Shown here: positions 17,951-27,559 of the stretch, one piece after another | Layout: every line of letters begins with the position of its first letter | Position numbering within the stretch: position 1 is the first letter of the stretch | Origin: Bacillota bacterium | GTDB lineage: Bacteria; Bacillota; Clostridia; TANB77; CAG-508 | DNA length: 56,017 nucleotides | Reading direction: 5' to 3' | Assembly: GCA_963928635.1 (NCBI GenBank) | Contig: CAWVFT010000039.1 | Coordinates: 1 to 56,017 of the forward strand | Made by a program: the position numbers and the translations under genes | The notes under the pieces: model-generated | Told to the model about the DNA's origin: nothing | The model's database searches: none | What the model saw: the letters and a program-made list of their open reading frames with translations, nothing else

Positions 17951-19546
17951 CTATTTTTTTCTTTGTCTCTTTATCCATACAATAATTCCTATTAATATAA
18001 TTATTACTGGAACTACAAATATTATTGCAAGTATAACATTATTTTCTAATTCTGTTGCTGTGTATGTTACACTTCCTGTATTCTTTCTTGCTGTTATATC
18101 TTCATCTCTTTCACATAGATATGCAATTGAGTTTAATACTAAGTCTCTGTTTTGTCTATATACAATTTGTGGCATTTGTGAATCAGAAAATAATGGTAAA
18201 TCAGATACAAAGTAATTTTCTCCATATATTATTAATTTAGATACTACTGCTTGTTCTCCTGTATCTTCGTTTGCTTCTTTAATAGTTTTATCTAGTTCTG
18301 CTCCTACTAAAAATGGTCCTGCTTCATCTTCATCCGATTTTGCTGCATCACTGTTATAGAAGTCTGATCTGAAATATGAACCTTCACTTGTGTTTAATAT
18401 GCCTGTTTCTGTAACATTTAATTCTTCTAACGCTTCATCATCTACTAAATTGATTTTTGTTGCATTTCGGAATATTAATCCATTAATTATATCTTCAGTT
18501 ATTGTATGGTATCCTACTTCTGGCATTATTAAATCTGGTGAGTCATATACCATTTTACTAGAGTCTGTTTCCCTTATTCTTCCTATTTCAAATGGATTTA
18601 CTCCATACATTGCTAATATTTTATTTACATTTGGGAAGTTTTGTTCTTGGCTAACAACTGAGTTTAACCACAAAATATTTCTTCCTGAATTTATATAGTC
18701 AATTATTGCATTTGTTGTTTGTTCATCAAAATCACTGCTAGGTGTTGTTATTACTAATGTATCACAATCATCTGGTACTTTTCCTTCTGACAAGATGTCT
18801 AGTACTGCTATTTCATTTATTTCATTTTGTAAATACATGTTTAAATATTGCATTGCATATGATAATGAAAAATCACTATATCCTGTTAGGAAATATACTT
18901 TTGGTACATCATCTGTTGATATTTGCATAATTGATGCTGTTAGTTTTTCCTCTGCAACACTATAACTTTCATATGTATTTGTATCATAAGCTACTAGGTC
19001 ACTTGTTGATAATATCTTGAATTTTTCTTCACATTCTACAATTATGCTTACATCTCCTGTTTGTATACCGTATTTTTCTGCTAGGTCTGGTCTATTTTCT
19101 ACAGATACCGCTTCTACTTTTATATTTTCGTTGGTTTTATTATATTGTTTTGCTAAGTCTAAAGTAGAGTCTCCATCTGAATATCCAATAAAGTATATAT
19201 CAATTTCTTTATTTATGTCTTTTACTTTTTCTTTGCTTTCATCTGTTAATGTATACAATTTTTCTGCACTAAAATCTAGTGGTGTTAGTTCTAGTTGTTG
19301 CATTAATATATTTATTGCAAAAAATACTGCTAGAATTACTAAAACTAATATTGTTGTTTTTGTACCATTTATTAACCATCTCTTTTTTATTATTTGCATG
19401 AATTTATTTGGCTTTTTTTCTTTATTAGTTTTCTTTTCTTTTTTCTCTTTTTTCAGTTTCTCTTTTTCAGCTTTTTTATTTTCTTTGTCTTTTAAATCTT
19501 TTTCTGACTTTTCTTTCAATTTTAACCCTCCTTTTCTATTTTGCAC
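17951..19546 (-). CDS. GldG-like ABC transporter auxiliary protein
   Basis: K/E-rich N-terminus, a TM segment, a large ectodomain and a C-terminal TM anchor. It overlaps the upstream ABC-2 permease gene by 11 nt. Confidence 0.65.
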   Translation of the reverse strand: MQNRKGGLKLKEKSEKDLKDKENKKAEKEKLKKEKKEKKTNKEKKPNKFMQIIKKRWLINGTKTTILVLVILAVFFAINILMQQLELTPLDFSAEKLYTLTDESKEKVKDINKEIDIYFIGYSDGDSTLDLAKQYNKTNENIKVEAVSVENRPDLAEKYGIQTGDVSIIVECEEKFKILSTSDLVAYDTNTYESYSVAEEKLTASIMQISTDDVPKVYFLTGYSDFSLSYAMQYLNMYLQNEINEIAVLDILSEGKVPDDCDTLVITTPSSDFDEQTTNAIIDYINSGRNILWLNSVVSQEQNFPNVNKILAMYGVNPFEIGRIRETDSSKMVYDSPDLIMPEVGYHTITEDIINGLIFRNATKINLVDDEALEELNVTETGILNTSEGSYFRSDFYNSDAAKSDEDEAGPFLVGAELDKTIKEANEDTGEQAVVSKLIIYGENYFVSDLPLFSDSQMPQIVYRQNRDLVLNSIAYLCERDEDITARKNTGSVTYTATELENNVILAIIFVVPVIIILIGIIVWIKRQRKK

Positions 19547-20222
19547 TTTTTCTTCTTTGAATTACTATTATTGTTAATAATATACACATTATAGTAAATG
19601 TAATAAATGTGGTTGTATCTCCTATGTCTACTTGACCACTTGTGTATTTATATAACATGTTTATAAAAGATAAACTTTCTAAATTATAATTGAAGTTTGG
19701 CATTACCCATGTTATTATGAAAAATGCTATTGATAATATTGCTGCTATTATTTGATTTTCTGTAATACTTGACATTAACATTCCAAAACTTATATATGCC
19801 ATTACAAATAATACAAATCCAAGTAATGCTGTTAATGCTGTTGTGATGTGTGGTACTCCAAAATAGCAAAGTATTGCAAAATACATTAATGTACATATTG
19901 CAGTTATTACTCCTACTAATAATGCTGCAATGAATTTTGCAAGAACAATTTTTGTGATGCTAAGTGGAGATGTTAATAATAGTTGTTCTGTACCACTTTT
20001 TCTTTCTTCAGAAAAAGATCTCATTGTTAACAGAGGTATTAAAAATGCTAGAACAAATATTGTTGGTGTTGAATAAAATATGTATTCAAAATTTACGTTT
20101 CCATATCCTATAACTGTGAAATAAAATGATACACTAAATGCTATTAAAAATATTCCTATAAATACATATCCTATTGGTGTGCAAAAATAATATTTTAACT
20201 CTTTTTTAATTACTGCCCACAT
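19536..20222 (-). CDS. ABC-2 type transporter permease (GldF/NosY-like)
   Basis: A six-TM hydrophobic protein. Its start codon abuts the stop codon of the ATPase gene. Confidence 0.7.
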   Translation of the reverse strand: MWAVIKKELKYYFCTPIGYVFIGIFLIAFSVSFYFTVIGYGNVNFEYIFYSTPTIFVLAFLIPLLTMRSFSEERKSGTEQLLLTSPLSITKIVLAKFIAALLVGVITAICTLMYFAILCYFGVPHITTALTALLGFVLFVMAYISFGMLMSSITENQIIAAILSIAFFIITWVMPNFNYNLESLSFINMLYKYTSGQVDIGDTTTFITFTIMCILLTIIVIQRRKSAK

Positions 20223-21164
20223 TATTTATTACCTCCTTCTATTAATTTCATAAAAGCATCTTCTAGTGTTACATCAGCTTTTTTCATTTCAAATATTGTT
20301 ATATTTTCTTTTGCGAGTTCATTAAACAATATTTTTCTTAAGTCTGTTTCATCTTTTGCTTCTATTTCATATTGTTTTGTTTTGTCTTCATTTTCTTTTA
20401 TTAATTTTATGTTTTTAATTTCTTTAATTTTGTCTTTAATTTTTTCAAGTTTATTTTCTGTATCTTCAACTGTAATATATACTATGTTTTTGCCAGATAC
20501 TTTATTTTCTAAGTTTTCTGGTGTGTCTTCTGCTACAATTTTTCCTTTGTTAATAATAATAACTCGATTACAAATTTGGCTTACTTCAGATAATATATGT
20601 GAACTTAATATAATTGTATGTGTTTTTCCTAGTTCTTTAATTAAATTTCTTATTTCTGTTATTTGTTTTGGATCTAATCCTACTGTTGGTTCATCTAATA
20701 TTAATATTTTAGGTTCTCCAACTAATGCTCCTGCCATACTTACTCTTTGCTTATATCCTCTAGATAATTTCTTGATTAGTTTCTTTTCTACGTCTTTTAA
20801 TCCTGTTTGTTCAATTATCTTTTCTACCTTTTCTTTTCTTTCTTTTTTGTTTACCTTTTTTATTGATGCCATATATGTTATAAATTCTTTTACTGTTAGG
20901 TCAGTATATAATGGCACTCCTTCTGGCATATAGCCAATTTCCTTCTTTGCTTTTTTAGGTTTTTTGTCCATATTGTACCCGTCAACTATAATTTCTCCTG
21001 CCGTTGGCTCAATGTATCCTGTTATCATGTTCATTGTTGTACTTTTTCCCGCTCCATTAGGTCCGAAGTAATCCTACTATTTCGCCTTCGTTTATCTTAA
21101 AGCTGATATCTTCTACGGCTACAACATTTCTGTACTTTTTTGTAACATTTTTAACTTCTATCAC
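20222..21164 (-). pseudogene. ABC transporter ATP-binding protein interrupted by a +1 frameshift in the Walker A region
   Basis: GTG 21164 (AGGAGGA SD, 7-nt spacer) gives VIEVKNVTKKYRNVVAVEDISFKINEGEIVGLL. One extra base near 21065 (cttCgga) then shifts the frame to GPNGAGKSTTMNMITGY..., which is the track ORF 20222-21034. Total length is 943 nt, or 3n+1. Downstream LSRGYKQR and ILILDEPTVGLD are intact. Confidence 0.75.
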
Positions 21165-21287
21165 GAGTTATTCCTCCTATCTCTAATTATTATTTCCCTA
21201 GTATAATATCATTTTAGATTTTTAATGTAAAGTAGTTCACAAAGATTTCACATTTGGGATTTTTTTGAATTTTTTCTTTATTAATCA

Positions 21288-21316
21288 TTGACACTGAATG
21301 TTTTTTGTGCTATTAT
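21288..21316 (+). promoter_or_regulatory. Sigma-A promoter for tRNA-Arg(TCT)
   Basis: TTGACA-17 nt-TATTAT with an extended -10 TG (tgcTATTAT), about 45 nt upstream of the tRNA. Confidence 0.6.
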
Positions 21317-21360
21317 ATTTATTGTTCATAATATTTTATAGTTTATTTTGTTTTGGTTAT

Positions 21361-21437
<77 letters not shown>

Positions 21438-21441
21438 TAAA

Positions 21442-21480
21442 AAACCTTGATTTCAATAGTTATCAAGGTTTTTATTTTTT
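21442..21480 (+). terminator. Intrinsic terminator after tRNA-Arg
   Basis: Stem aaaccttgat/atcaaggttt followed by a T-run. Confidence 0.75.
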
Positions 21481-21787
21481 CTATTTTATTACTTGTTTCT
21501 ATTATTTAGTTTTTCCAAAAAATATGTCTAATTTTCGGTTTTTTTATTATTTATATTAATAATAATTATACTTTTATTTTTTTTTACCTTTTTTTATTGC
21601 ATTTATTTTGTTTTTATTATATAACTTGTTCTTGTACTAATAGTTATACATGATTTTCCTTATAGGTTACACTTTTGTAACTGTTTAGTTCATTTTTTGT
21701 GTTTTAAGGTGTACTATTAATAGTTAGTTTTATTATGTTATTCTGCTTGTTATACTTATTTTAAAATAATTGATTGGAGGGTACATT

Positions 21788-22141
21788 ATGAGTTCAATTA
21801 CAAAACCAGAAATTTATTATTCAATTGGTAAGAAAATTAAAGAATATCGTATTAAAAATCATTTGACTCAAGAACAACTTGCAGAAAGTCTTAATATTTC
21901 TGTAAAATATGTATCTAGGATAGAGAATGGAAATGGCGGTGTAAAATTAGAAACTTTAATTAATGCTATGAATTTATTAGGTCTTGTGCCAAATGTTGCT
22001 TTTTCTGACTTAATAAAAAATGATGATTTGAAACTTCAATTATTCTTATCATCAAAAATTAGTGAATTGTCTAAAGAAAAGGTTGAATTTTTACTTAATT
22101 TTATTGATTTGTTAAAAAATTTGAATGGACAAGAATCTTAG
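21788..22141 (+). CDS. XRE family helix-turn-helix transcriptional regulator
   Basis: HTH_3 signature LTQEQLAESLNISVKYVSRIENG. ATG 21788 follows a GGAGGG SD. Confidence 0.8.
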   Translation: MSSITKPEIYYSIGKKIKEYRIKNHLTQEQLAESLNISVKYVSRIENGNGGVKLETLINAMNLLGLVPNVAFSDLIKNDDLKLQLFLSSKISELSKEKVEFLLNFIDLLKNLNGQES

Positions 22142-22164
22142 TAAAATGCAATTTTCTAGAATTT

Positions 22165-22228
22165 AAAAAAATTAGTTAGATATGATGTGTTACTGAATAA
22201 AGGACATCAAATCTAACTAATTTTTTAT
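22165..22228. terminator. Bidirectional hairpin between convergent genes
   Basis: An 11-bp perfect stem, attagttagat (22171-22181) with atctaactaat (22211-22221), has an inner stem tgatgt/acatca and is flanked by A- and T-runs. Confidence 0.65.
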
Positions 22229-22229
22229 T

Positions 22230-23627
22230 TTATTCTTTCCAAAATGCTTGATATGTTTTATATGCTGAATATACATCAAATTTACTTGTAACTTCATAAG
22301 GTGCGTGCATTGAAAGTACGGGAACTCCACAGTCTATAACATCTACGCCTTTATTAGCTAAGATATATGCTATTGTCCCTCCTCCTCCGATGTCTACTTT
22401 TCCAAGTTCAGCTACTTGATATTTGATTCCATTTCTTTCTAAAATATTTCTTATCCATGCTACATATTCTGCATTTGCATCAGATGCTCCTGATTTTCCT
22501 CTTGCTCCTGTATATTTATTTAAACTTATTCCATTTCCTATAAATCCTGCGTTTTCTTTGTCTGATACTGATGCATATATTGGGTCAAATCCTGCATCTA
22601 CGTCTGATGACAACATTTTTGAAAAACAAAATACTTTGTCTAATAAGTTTGGTCTATTTACATTTAATTTGTTTAATATTTCTGAAATAAAGAAATCAAA
22701 CATATGTGATTCCATTCCTGTATTTCCCATACTTCCTATTTCTTCTTTATCAGATAATATGCATACAGCTGTATTTTTTACATTTTCTAATGTCATCATT
22801 GCTGCTAAAGATGTATATGCACATACTTTATCATCTTGACCATATGCTGCTACCATGCTTGAATCTAATCCTAAACTTCTTGCTTTAAATGCTGGAACAA
22901 CTTCTAATTCTGAACTTGATAAATCGTCTTCTGTTATCCCATATTTTTGATTTAATATATTTAATATATTTAGTTTAACACTTTCTGGAGTTTTTTCCTT
23001 GCTATATGGCATACTTCCTACTAATATTTTTAAGTCTTCTCCTTCGATTCCGTTTTTTAGTTTTTTCTCCATTTGTTCTTGAGCTAAATGTGGTAATAAA
23101 TCTGTAATTGTAAATATTGGTTCATTTTCTTCTTCTCCTATACTTACTTCTATCTTTTCTCCATTTGTTTTTACTAATACTCCATGTATACTTAATGGAA
23201 TTGTTGTCCATTGATATTTTTTTATTCCACCATAATAATGTGTTTTGAAATATGCAAGACCTGTATCTTCACTTAATGGATTTGGTTTTAAATCTAGTCT
23301 TGGAGAGTCAACATGTGAACCTATTATATGCATTCCGTTTTCTATATTTTCTTCTCCTATGATAGCTAAGTACATACTTTTTTCTCTATTTATAAAATAT
23401 ATTTTGTCCCCTGCTTGTAGATGACCGAATTCCATAATATCTTTAAATCCGTTCTCATCTGCTAATTTTTTTGCTTGCTTTATAAACTCTCTTTCTGTTT
23501 TTGCTTTGTTTAAATATTCCATATATTTTTCAGATATTTTGAATATTTCTTCTTTTTCTCTTTCTGATGTGTCTTGCCATCCCTGTTTTCTTTTTCTAAA
23601 CAATTTTTCTTTTAATTCTTCTTCCAT
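22230..23627 (-). CDS. M18 family aminopeptidase
   Basis: IIGSHVDSPRLDLKPNP and the overall length and organisation are typical of M18 aminopeptidase 1. Confidence 0.8.
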   Translation of the reverse strand: MEEELKEKLFRKRKQGWQDTSEREKEEIFKISEKYMEYLNKAKTEREFIKQAKKLADENGFKDIMEFGHLQAGDKIYFINREKSMYLAIIGEENIENGMHIIGSHVDSPRLDLKPNPLSEDTGLAYFKTHYYGGIKKYQWTTIPLSIHGVLVKTNGEKIEVSIGEEENEPIFTITDLLPHLAQEQMEKKLKNGIEGEDLKILVGSMPYSKEKTPESVKLNILNILNQKYGITEDDLSSSELEVVPAFKARSLGLDSSMVAAYGQDDKVCAYTSLAAMMTLENVKNTAVCILSDKEEIGSMGNTGMESHMFDFFISEILNKLNVNRPNLLDKVFCFSKMLSSDVDAGFDPIYASVSDKENAGFIGNGISLNKYTGARGKSGASDANAEYVAWIRNILERNGIKYQVAELGKVDIGGGGTIAYILANKGVDVIDCGVPVLSMHAPYEVTSKFDVYSAYKTYQAFWKE

Positions 23628-23834
23628 TTTATCACTTTCCTTCCTTAAGGTATATTCTTGCTAGAATTTACTACCTATATTGATTTTTTCCAGTATATCA
23701 CTATTTATTTTATTTTTCCACTCTTTTTATAATTTATTCTTTTTTTATGGTTATACTAATGTTACAGTTCAGTATCTTTAAAAATATTTATACTCCCGAA
23801 CGTAATAAAAATAATAAGAAAGGAATGTGATTTT

Positions 23835-25331
23835 ATGAACTCATTATGGTTAAATTCCAATAAAACTTTTAATGCTTCTAATGTTTTAAAAGAAAATTTA
23901 GAGACTGATATTTGTATTATTGGAGCTGGTGTATTTGGAACTACTTGTGCTTATTATTTATCAAAATTAGGGTTTAGTGTTGTTCTTCTTGATAAAAGCG
24001 ATTTAGGTTATGGTACGACTGGTTTTAGTACCGGTAAGATAACTAGCCAACACGGTTTGTTTTATGATTATTTACTTAACTCTTTTGGTATTGATTATGC
24101 TTATGATTATTTATGTGCTAATGAAGGTTCAATTGAGAACATAAAGAAAATTATTGATGATGAAAATATCAAATGTGATTTTGAATATAAAAATAATTTT
24201 GTTTATACTTTAAATAAATCTGATTTAAAACTTTTCGAAGATGAAAAATCTGCTTTAGATAAACTTAATTTTAAATGTGATTTGGTTTCTAAAACTTCTC
24301 TACCTTTTGATGTAGAATGTGCTTTATGTTTTAAAAATCAGGCTCAATTTAATCCTATCAAATATGTTGATTCATTATACAGCTGTATTCTTAATAATAA
24401 TGGACTTATTTTTTCTAATACTGTAATTACAGATGTTAAACAAGACGGTGAGTTTTTTTATTCTTTGAGTTTAAATAATATGATTAAAAGTAAGTTTGTT
24501 ATTGTTGCGACTCATTTTCCTTTTATTAATATTCCTGGTTTTTATTTTACTAAAATGTATCAATCTTCATCTTATGTTATTGCAGTTGAGACTAAAAAAA
24601 CTTTGCCTTCAGGTATGTATATTTCTAATTCTAGCCCTATTTTTTCTTTTAGGACTGCTAAATATAATGGTAAAGACGTTCTTATTGTTGCAGGCGGAGA
24701 TCATAAAACTGGCGATTCTGTGAATTATGATGATACTTATGGTGTTTTGGAAAATGAGGTAAAAAAATATTACCCGGATTCTTCTGTCTTGTTTAAATGG
24801 TCTAGCAATGACTGTATCTCTCTTGATAAAATTCCATATGTTGGGCCTTATTCAACTTTTACTCCTAATATGTTTGTTGGTACTGGTTTTAAAAAGTGGG
24901 GCTTTTCCTCTTCTAACATTGCTGCTAATATTATTGTTGATAAAATTTGTGGTAAGCAGAACAAGTTTGAATATTTATTTGATTCTTCTCGTTTAAAACC
25001 TATTAAGAATTTTAAGGAGCTTAAAAATGTTTCTGTTCAGACTTCTAAATCTTTAATTTTTGATAAATTTAAGGTTAAAGATTATGATTTTAGTGATATT
25101 TCTAATGATTCTGGTTCTGTTGTTAAAATTGATGGTGTGAATGTTGGGATTTATAAGGATTCTGATGGTAATGTTTTTGCTGTTAACCCTGTTTGCTCTC
25201 ATTTAGGTTGTTTACTTGCTTGGAATAATGCAGACAAGACTTGGGATTGCCCTTGCCACGGCTCTCGTTTTAATTATATGGGAGAGTGCATTTCTAATCC
25301 GGCTCTTAAGAATTTGGAAACTTTTTTCTAA
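23835..25331 (+). CDS. FAD-dependent oxidoreductase fused to a C-terminal Rieske [2Fe-2S] domain
   Basis: N-terminal dinucleotide fold ICIIGAGVFGTTCAYYL and Rieske boxes CSHLGC ... CPCHGSRF. Confidence 0.85.
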   Translation: MNSLWLNSNKTFNASNVLKENLETDICIIGAGVFGTTCAYYLSKLGFSVVLLDKSDLGYGTTGFSTGKITSQHGLFYDYLLNSFGIDYAYDYLCANEGSIENIKKIIDDENIKCDFEYKNNFVYTLNKSDLKLFEDEKSALDKLNFKCDLVSKTSLPFDVECALCFKNQAQFNPIKYVDSLYSCILNNNGLIFSNTVITDVKQDGEFFYSLSLNNMIKSKFVIVATHFPFINIPGFYFTKMYQSSSYVIAVETKKTLPSGMYISNSSPIFSFRTAKYNGKDVLIVAGGDHKTGDSVNYDDTYGVLENEVKKYYPDSSVLFKWSSNDCISLDKIPYVGPYSTFTPNMFVGTGFKKWGFSSSNIAANIIVDKICGKQNKFEYLFDSSRLKPIKNFKELKNVSVQTSKSLIFDKFKVKDYDFSDISNDSGSVVKIDGVNVGIYKDSDGNVFAVNPVCSHLGCLLAWNNADKTWDCPCHGSRFNYMGECISNPALKNLETFF

Positions 25332-25371
25332 TTTAATATTTTTGTTTTATTGCATTTCTTCAATGTATGCT

Positions 25372-25441
25372 ACAATTCACAGTTTTATAAATTGAATAAT
25401 TATACTTTTGAAAGCATTTCTTGTTTTGAACTGTGAATTGT
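25372..25441. repeat. Hairpin built from an inverted pair of the ACAATTCACAG motif
   Basis: acaattcacagtt (25372-25384) with aactgtgaattgt (25429-25441). The same 11-mer recurs at 14895, 38431 and 38673. Confidence 0.8.
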
Positions 25442-25483
25442 GACCAAAGTCTTTAATTTTCTTAATTTTTTTTGATTTTTGTA

Positions 25484-25610
25484 TTGACTTGATTTGTTTT
25501 TTTTGCTATTATCTTTTTAAATAATCATATATTTATATATGTTTATTATTTATTTTTTGTTTATTGAACTAGATTTCTCCTTTTATAAGTTATCTAGTTC
25601 TTTATTTTTT
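25484..25610 (+). ncRNA. Candidate orphan transcription unit 1 (promoter plus intrinsic terminator, no ORF)
   Basis: TTGACT (25484-25489)-17 nt-TATTAT (25507-25512) with an extended -10 TG. The terminator stem is gaactagat/atctagttc (25566-25600) plus a T-run. No SD-supported ORF. Confidence 0.3.
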
Positions 25611-25648
25611 GACATTTTTTGTTTTTTTAAATTTTTTTTATTTTTTTA

Positions 25649-25745
25649 TTGACATATATTTTTATTTGATATATTATTTTGGTGTATCCAATTTTAAAAA
25701 TCCTTATTTGAGGATTATGAACTTCTTTTAGAAGTTCTTTTTTTG
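25649..25745 (+). ncRNA. Candidate orphan transcription unit 2 (promoter, about 60-nt two-hairpin RNA, terminator)
   Basis: TTGACA (25649-25654)-17 nt-TATTAT (25672-25677). Hairpin aatcct/aggatt (25699-25716), then terminator gaacttct/agaagttc (25719-25737) plus T7. Confidence 0.3.
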
Positions 25746-25822
25746 TATCTTTTTATTGATTTTTGTACTTTTATGTTGTTTTTTGCCAAAAAAATAATTG
25801 CTGAATTTTTATTCAACAATTA

Positions 25823-25899
<77 letters not shown>

Positions 25900-25931
25900 A
25901 AGTTTTTTATGATTTTAATATGTACCTTTAT

Positions 25932-25960
25932 ATTATACTTTATATATCAAAAAAATTCAA
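25932..25960 (-). promoter_or_regulatory. Sigma-A promoter for tRNA-Arg(ACG)
   Basis: The minus strand reads TTGAAT-17 nt-TATAAT. Confidence 0.55.
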
Positions 25961-25978
25961 TAAATTTCTAAAAAAATC

Positions 25979-26007
25979 TTGCAAATTCCTTTAAAACATG
26001 TTATAGT
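25979..26007 (+). promoter_or_regulatory. Sigma-A promoter for tRNA-Pro
   Basis: TTGCAA-17 nt-TATAGT with an extended -10 TG, 18 nt upstream of the tRNA. It is divergent from the tRNA-Arg promoter. Confidence 0.55.
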
Positions 26008-26024
26008 ATATTAGTACGATTTAT

Positions 26025-26100
26025 CGAGGCGTAGCGCAGTTGGTAGCGCGCGTGGTTTGGGACCATGAGGTCGCAGGTTCGAACCCTGTCGCCTCGACCA
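26025..26100 (+). tRNA. tRNA-Pro (anticodon TGG)
   Basis: CGAGGCGTAGCGCAGTTGGTAGCGCGCGTGGTTTGGGACCATGAGGTCGCAGGTTCGAACCCTGTCGCCTCGACCA. The anticodon loop is TTTGGGA. Confidence 0.9.
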
Positions 26101-26246
26101 TACTTTGAACAAAAGGAAATGGCGTCAACTGTAATAGTTGATGTCCTTTTTTAATAAATAATTGAAAGAGGCTTTTCATGAATTGAAATAGCCTTTTTTC
26201 TTTATGGTCAAAATCAATTCTATGCGTATTTTTTATGTTTCAAAAT

Positions 26247-26894
26247 CTAATCTTTAAAATTTCTTTTCATTTGTTTTACTACTCCAATTATTTCTATCGG
26301 CATTGTTTTCATTTCTTCATTTGTAAGTATAATCGGTTCATAATCAGGAGATATTGTTTGAAAAATAATATTTTCTTTGCTTTTCCATACTTTTCTTATT
26401 ATTGATTTCTTTTTATCTATATTGAGAGCTACAAAATCCCCATTTTCAAAATACTTTTGTTTTTTTATAATAATAATGTCATTTGTTATTAATGTTGGAT
26501 ACATTGTATTTTCTAGTATTTTTGCTGATATATATTCAGTTTGTTCTTTTTGCTTTTTATTTGTTGTTTTTTCTGTTAAATTTTCTTCTATATATTCAAT
26601 TTCTGTTTTTGTATTTCCGAAAAATTCTTTTAATTTTCTTGTTTTGGGATCTGCTTTTCCTGGATTATAATACTTATCATCTGTAATTCCTATTAACCAT
26701 ACTGATGAAACTTTAAAATATTCTGCTATTTTTATTAGCACATTTATATCTATATTTTTTGTTTTCCCTGATGCATATTTGGAAATTGTTCCTTTAGATT
26801 TAAATCCTAATCCTTCTGCAATTTCCATGTAATTAAGATTACAGTCGTTTATCAACTCTTTGAATCTTTCAGAAAAAATTTTTTCAAACTTCAT
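26247..26894 (-). CDS. CI/LexA-like repressor: XRE-type HTH fused to an S24 peptidase-like domain
   Basis: N-terminal HTH (NYMEIAEGLGFKSKGTISKYASGKT). The C-terminal S24 layout is ENTMYPTLITNDIIIIKK...NGDFVAL...IIRKV...IIGVV. A Thr (T130, codon 26505-26507) occupies the position of the catalytic Ser in GDSMxP. Confidence 0.75.
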   Translation of the reverse strand: MKFEKIFSERFKELINDCNLNYMEIAEGLGFKSKGTISKYASGKTKNIDINVLIKIAEYFKVSSVWLIGITDDKYYNPGKADPKTRKLKEFFGNTKTEIEYIEENLTEKTTNKKQKEQTEYISAKILENTMYPTLITNDIIIIKKQKYFENGDFVALNIDKKKSIIRKVWKSKENIIFQTISPDYEPIILTNEEMKTMPIEIIGVVKQMKRNFKD

Positions 26895-26907
26895 GTTTCC
26901 ACCTCAT

Positions 26908-26941
26908 AAACCATTATATCACATGGTTTCCTTTTTGTAAA
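26908..26941 (-). promoter_or_regulatory. Promoter of the CI/LexA-like repressor with an overlapping palindromic operator
   Basis: The minus strand reads TTTACA-17 nt-TGaTATAAT. The palindrome AAACCAT-N8-ATGGTTT (26908-26929) spans the -10 element, and a GAGGTGGA SD precedes the ATG. Confidence 0.55.
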
Positions 26942-26990
26942 CATTAAAATGCAAAAAAAGGGTTTATTGGGGACAGGTCTTGTTGACATT

Positions 26991-27452
26991 TTAATATATG
27001 ACTCCTCCCTCTTTGCTATATCTTTCAAATGTTTTTAAACATTCTTCTCTATCAATTTCTGTTAAATTCAATAATTTTTTATTTTCCCCTTTTAGATAAT
27101 CATAAATCATATTATCTCTAAAACCTATATCTCCTGCATCTTTTTTAGTACAACCATAATAAACTGTTTTAATATTTGCCCAAATAATTGCAGATAAACA
27201 CATAGGACAAGGTTCACAGGAAGTGTATAGAATACATTCAGATAAATCAAAAGTATTAAGCTTTTTGCAAGCTTCTCTTATTGCTACAATTTCCGCATGT
27301 GCTGTTGGATCATTATTTATTATTACTTTATTGTTTCCATTAGAGATGATATTTCCGTTTTTATCCACAATAACTGCTCCAAATGGGCCTCCTTCTTTTT
27401 TTGTTATTCCTTCTTCAGCATTTTCTTTTGCAACTTGCATGTATTTATTCAT
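26991..27452 (-). CDS. CDA-fold nucleoside/nucleobase deaminase (guanine deaminase or TadA-like)
   Basis: Zinc motifs HAEIVAI and PCPMC, in a protein of 153 aa. Confidence 0.85.
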   Translation of the reverse strand: MNKYMQVAKENAEEGITKKEGGPFGAVIVDKNGNIISNGNNKVIINNDPTAHAEIVAIREACKKLNTFDLSECILYTSCEPCPMCLSAIIWANIKTVYYGCTKKDAGDIGFRDNMIYDYLKGENKKLLNLTEIDREECLKTFERYSKEGGVIY

Positions 27453-27559
27453 TTATATCATTCCCTTCGTTTTGGTCCATTGGAACCTGTCCCCGTTGAA
27501 CCATTTTTACTTTTTTAATATATCATATTTCAATTGTTTTTTCCATATATTTATAATGG

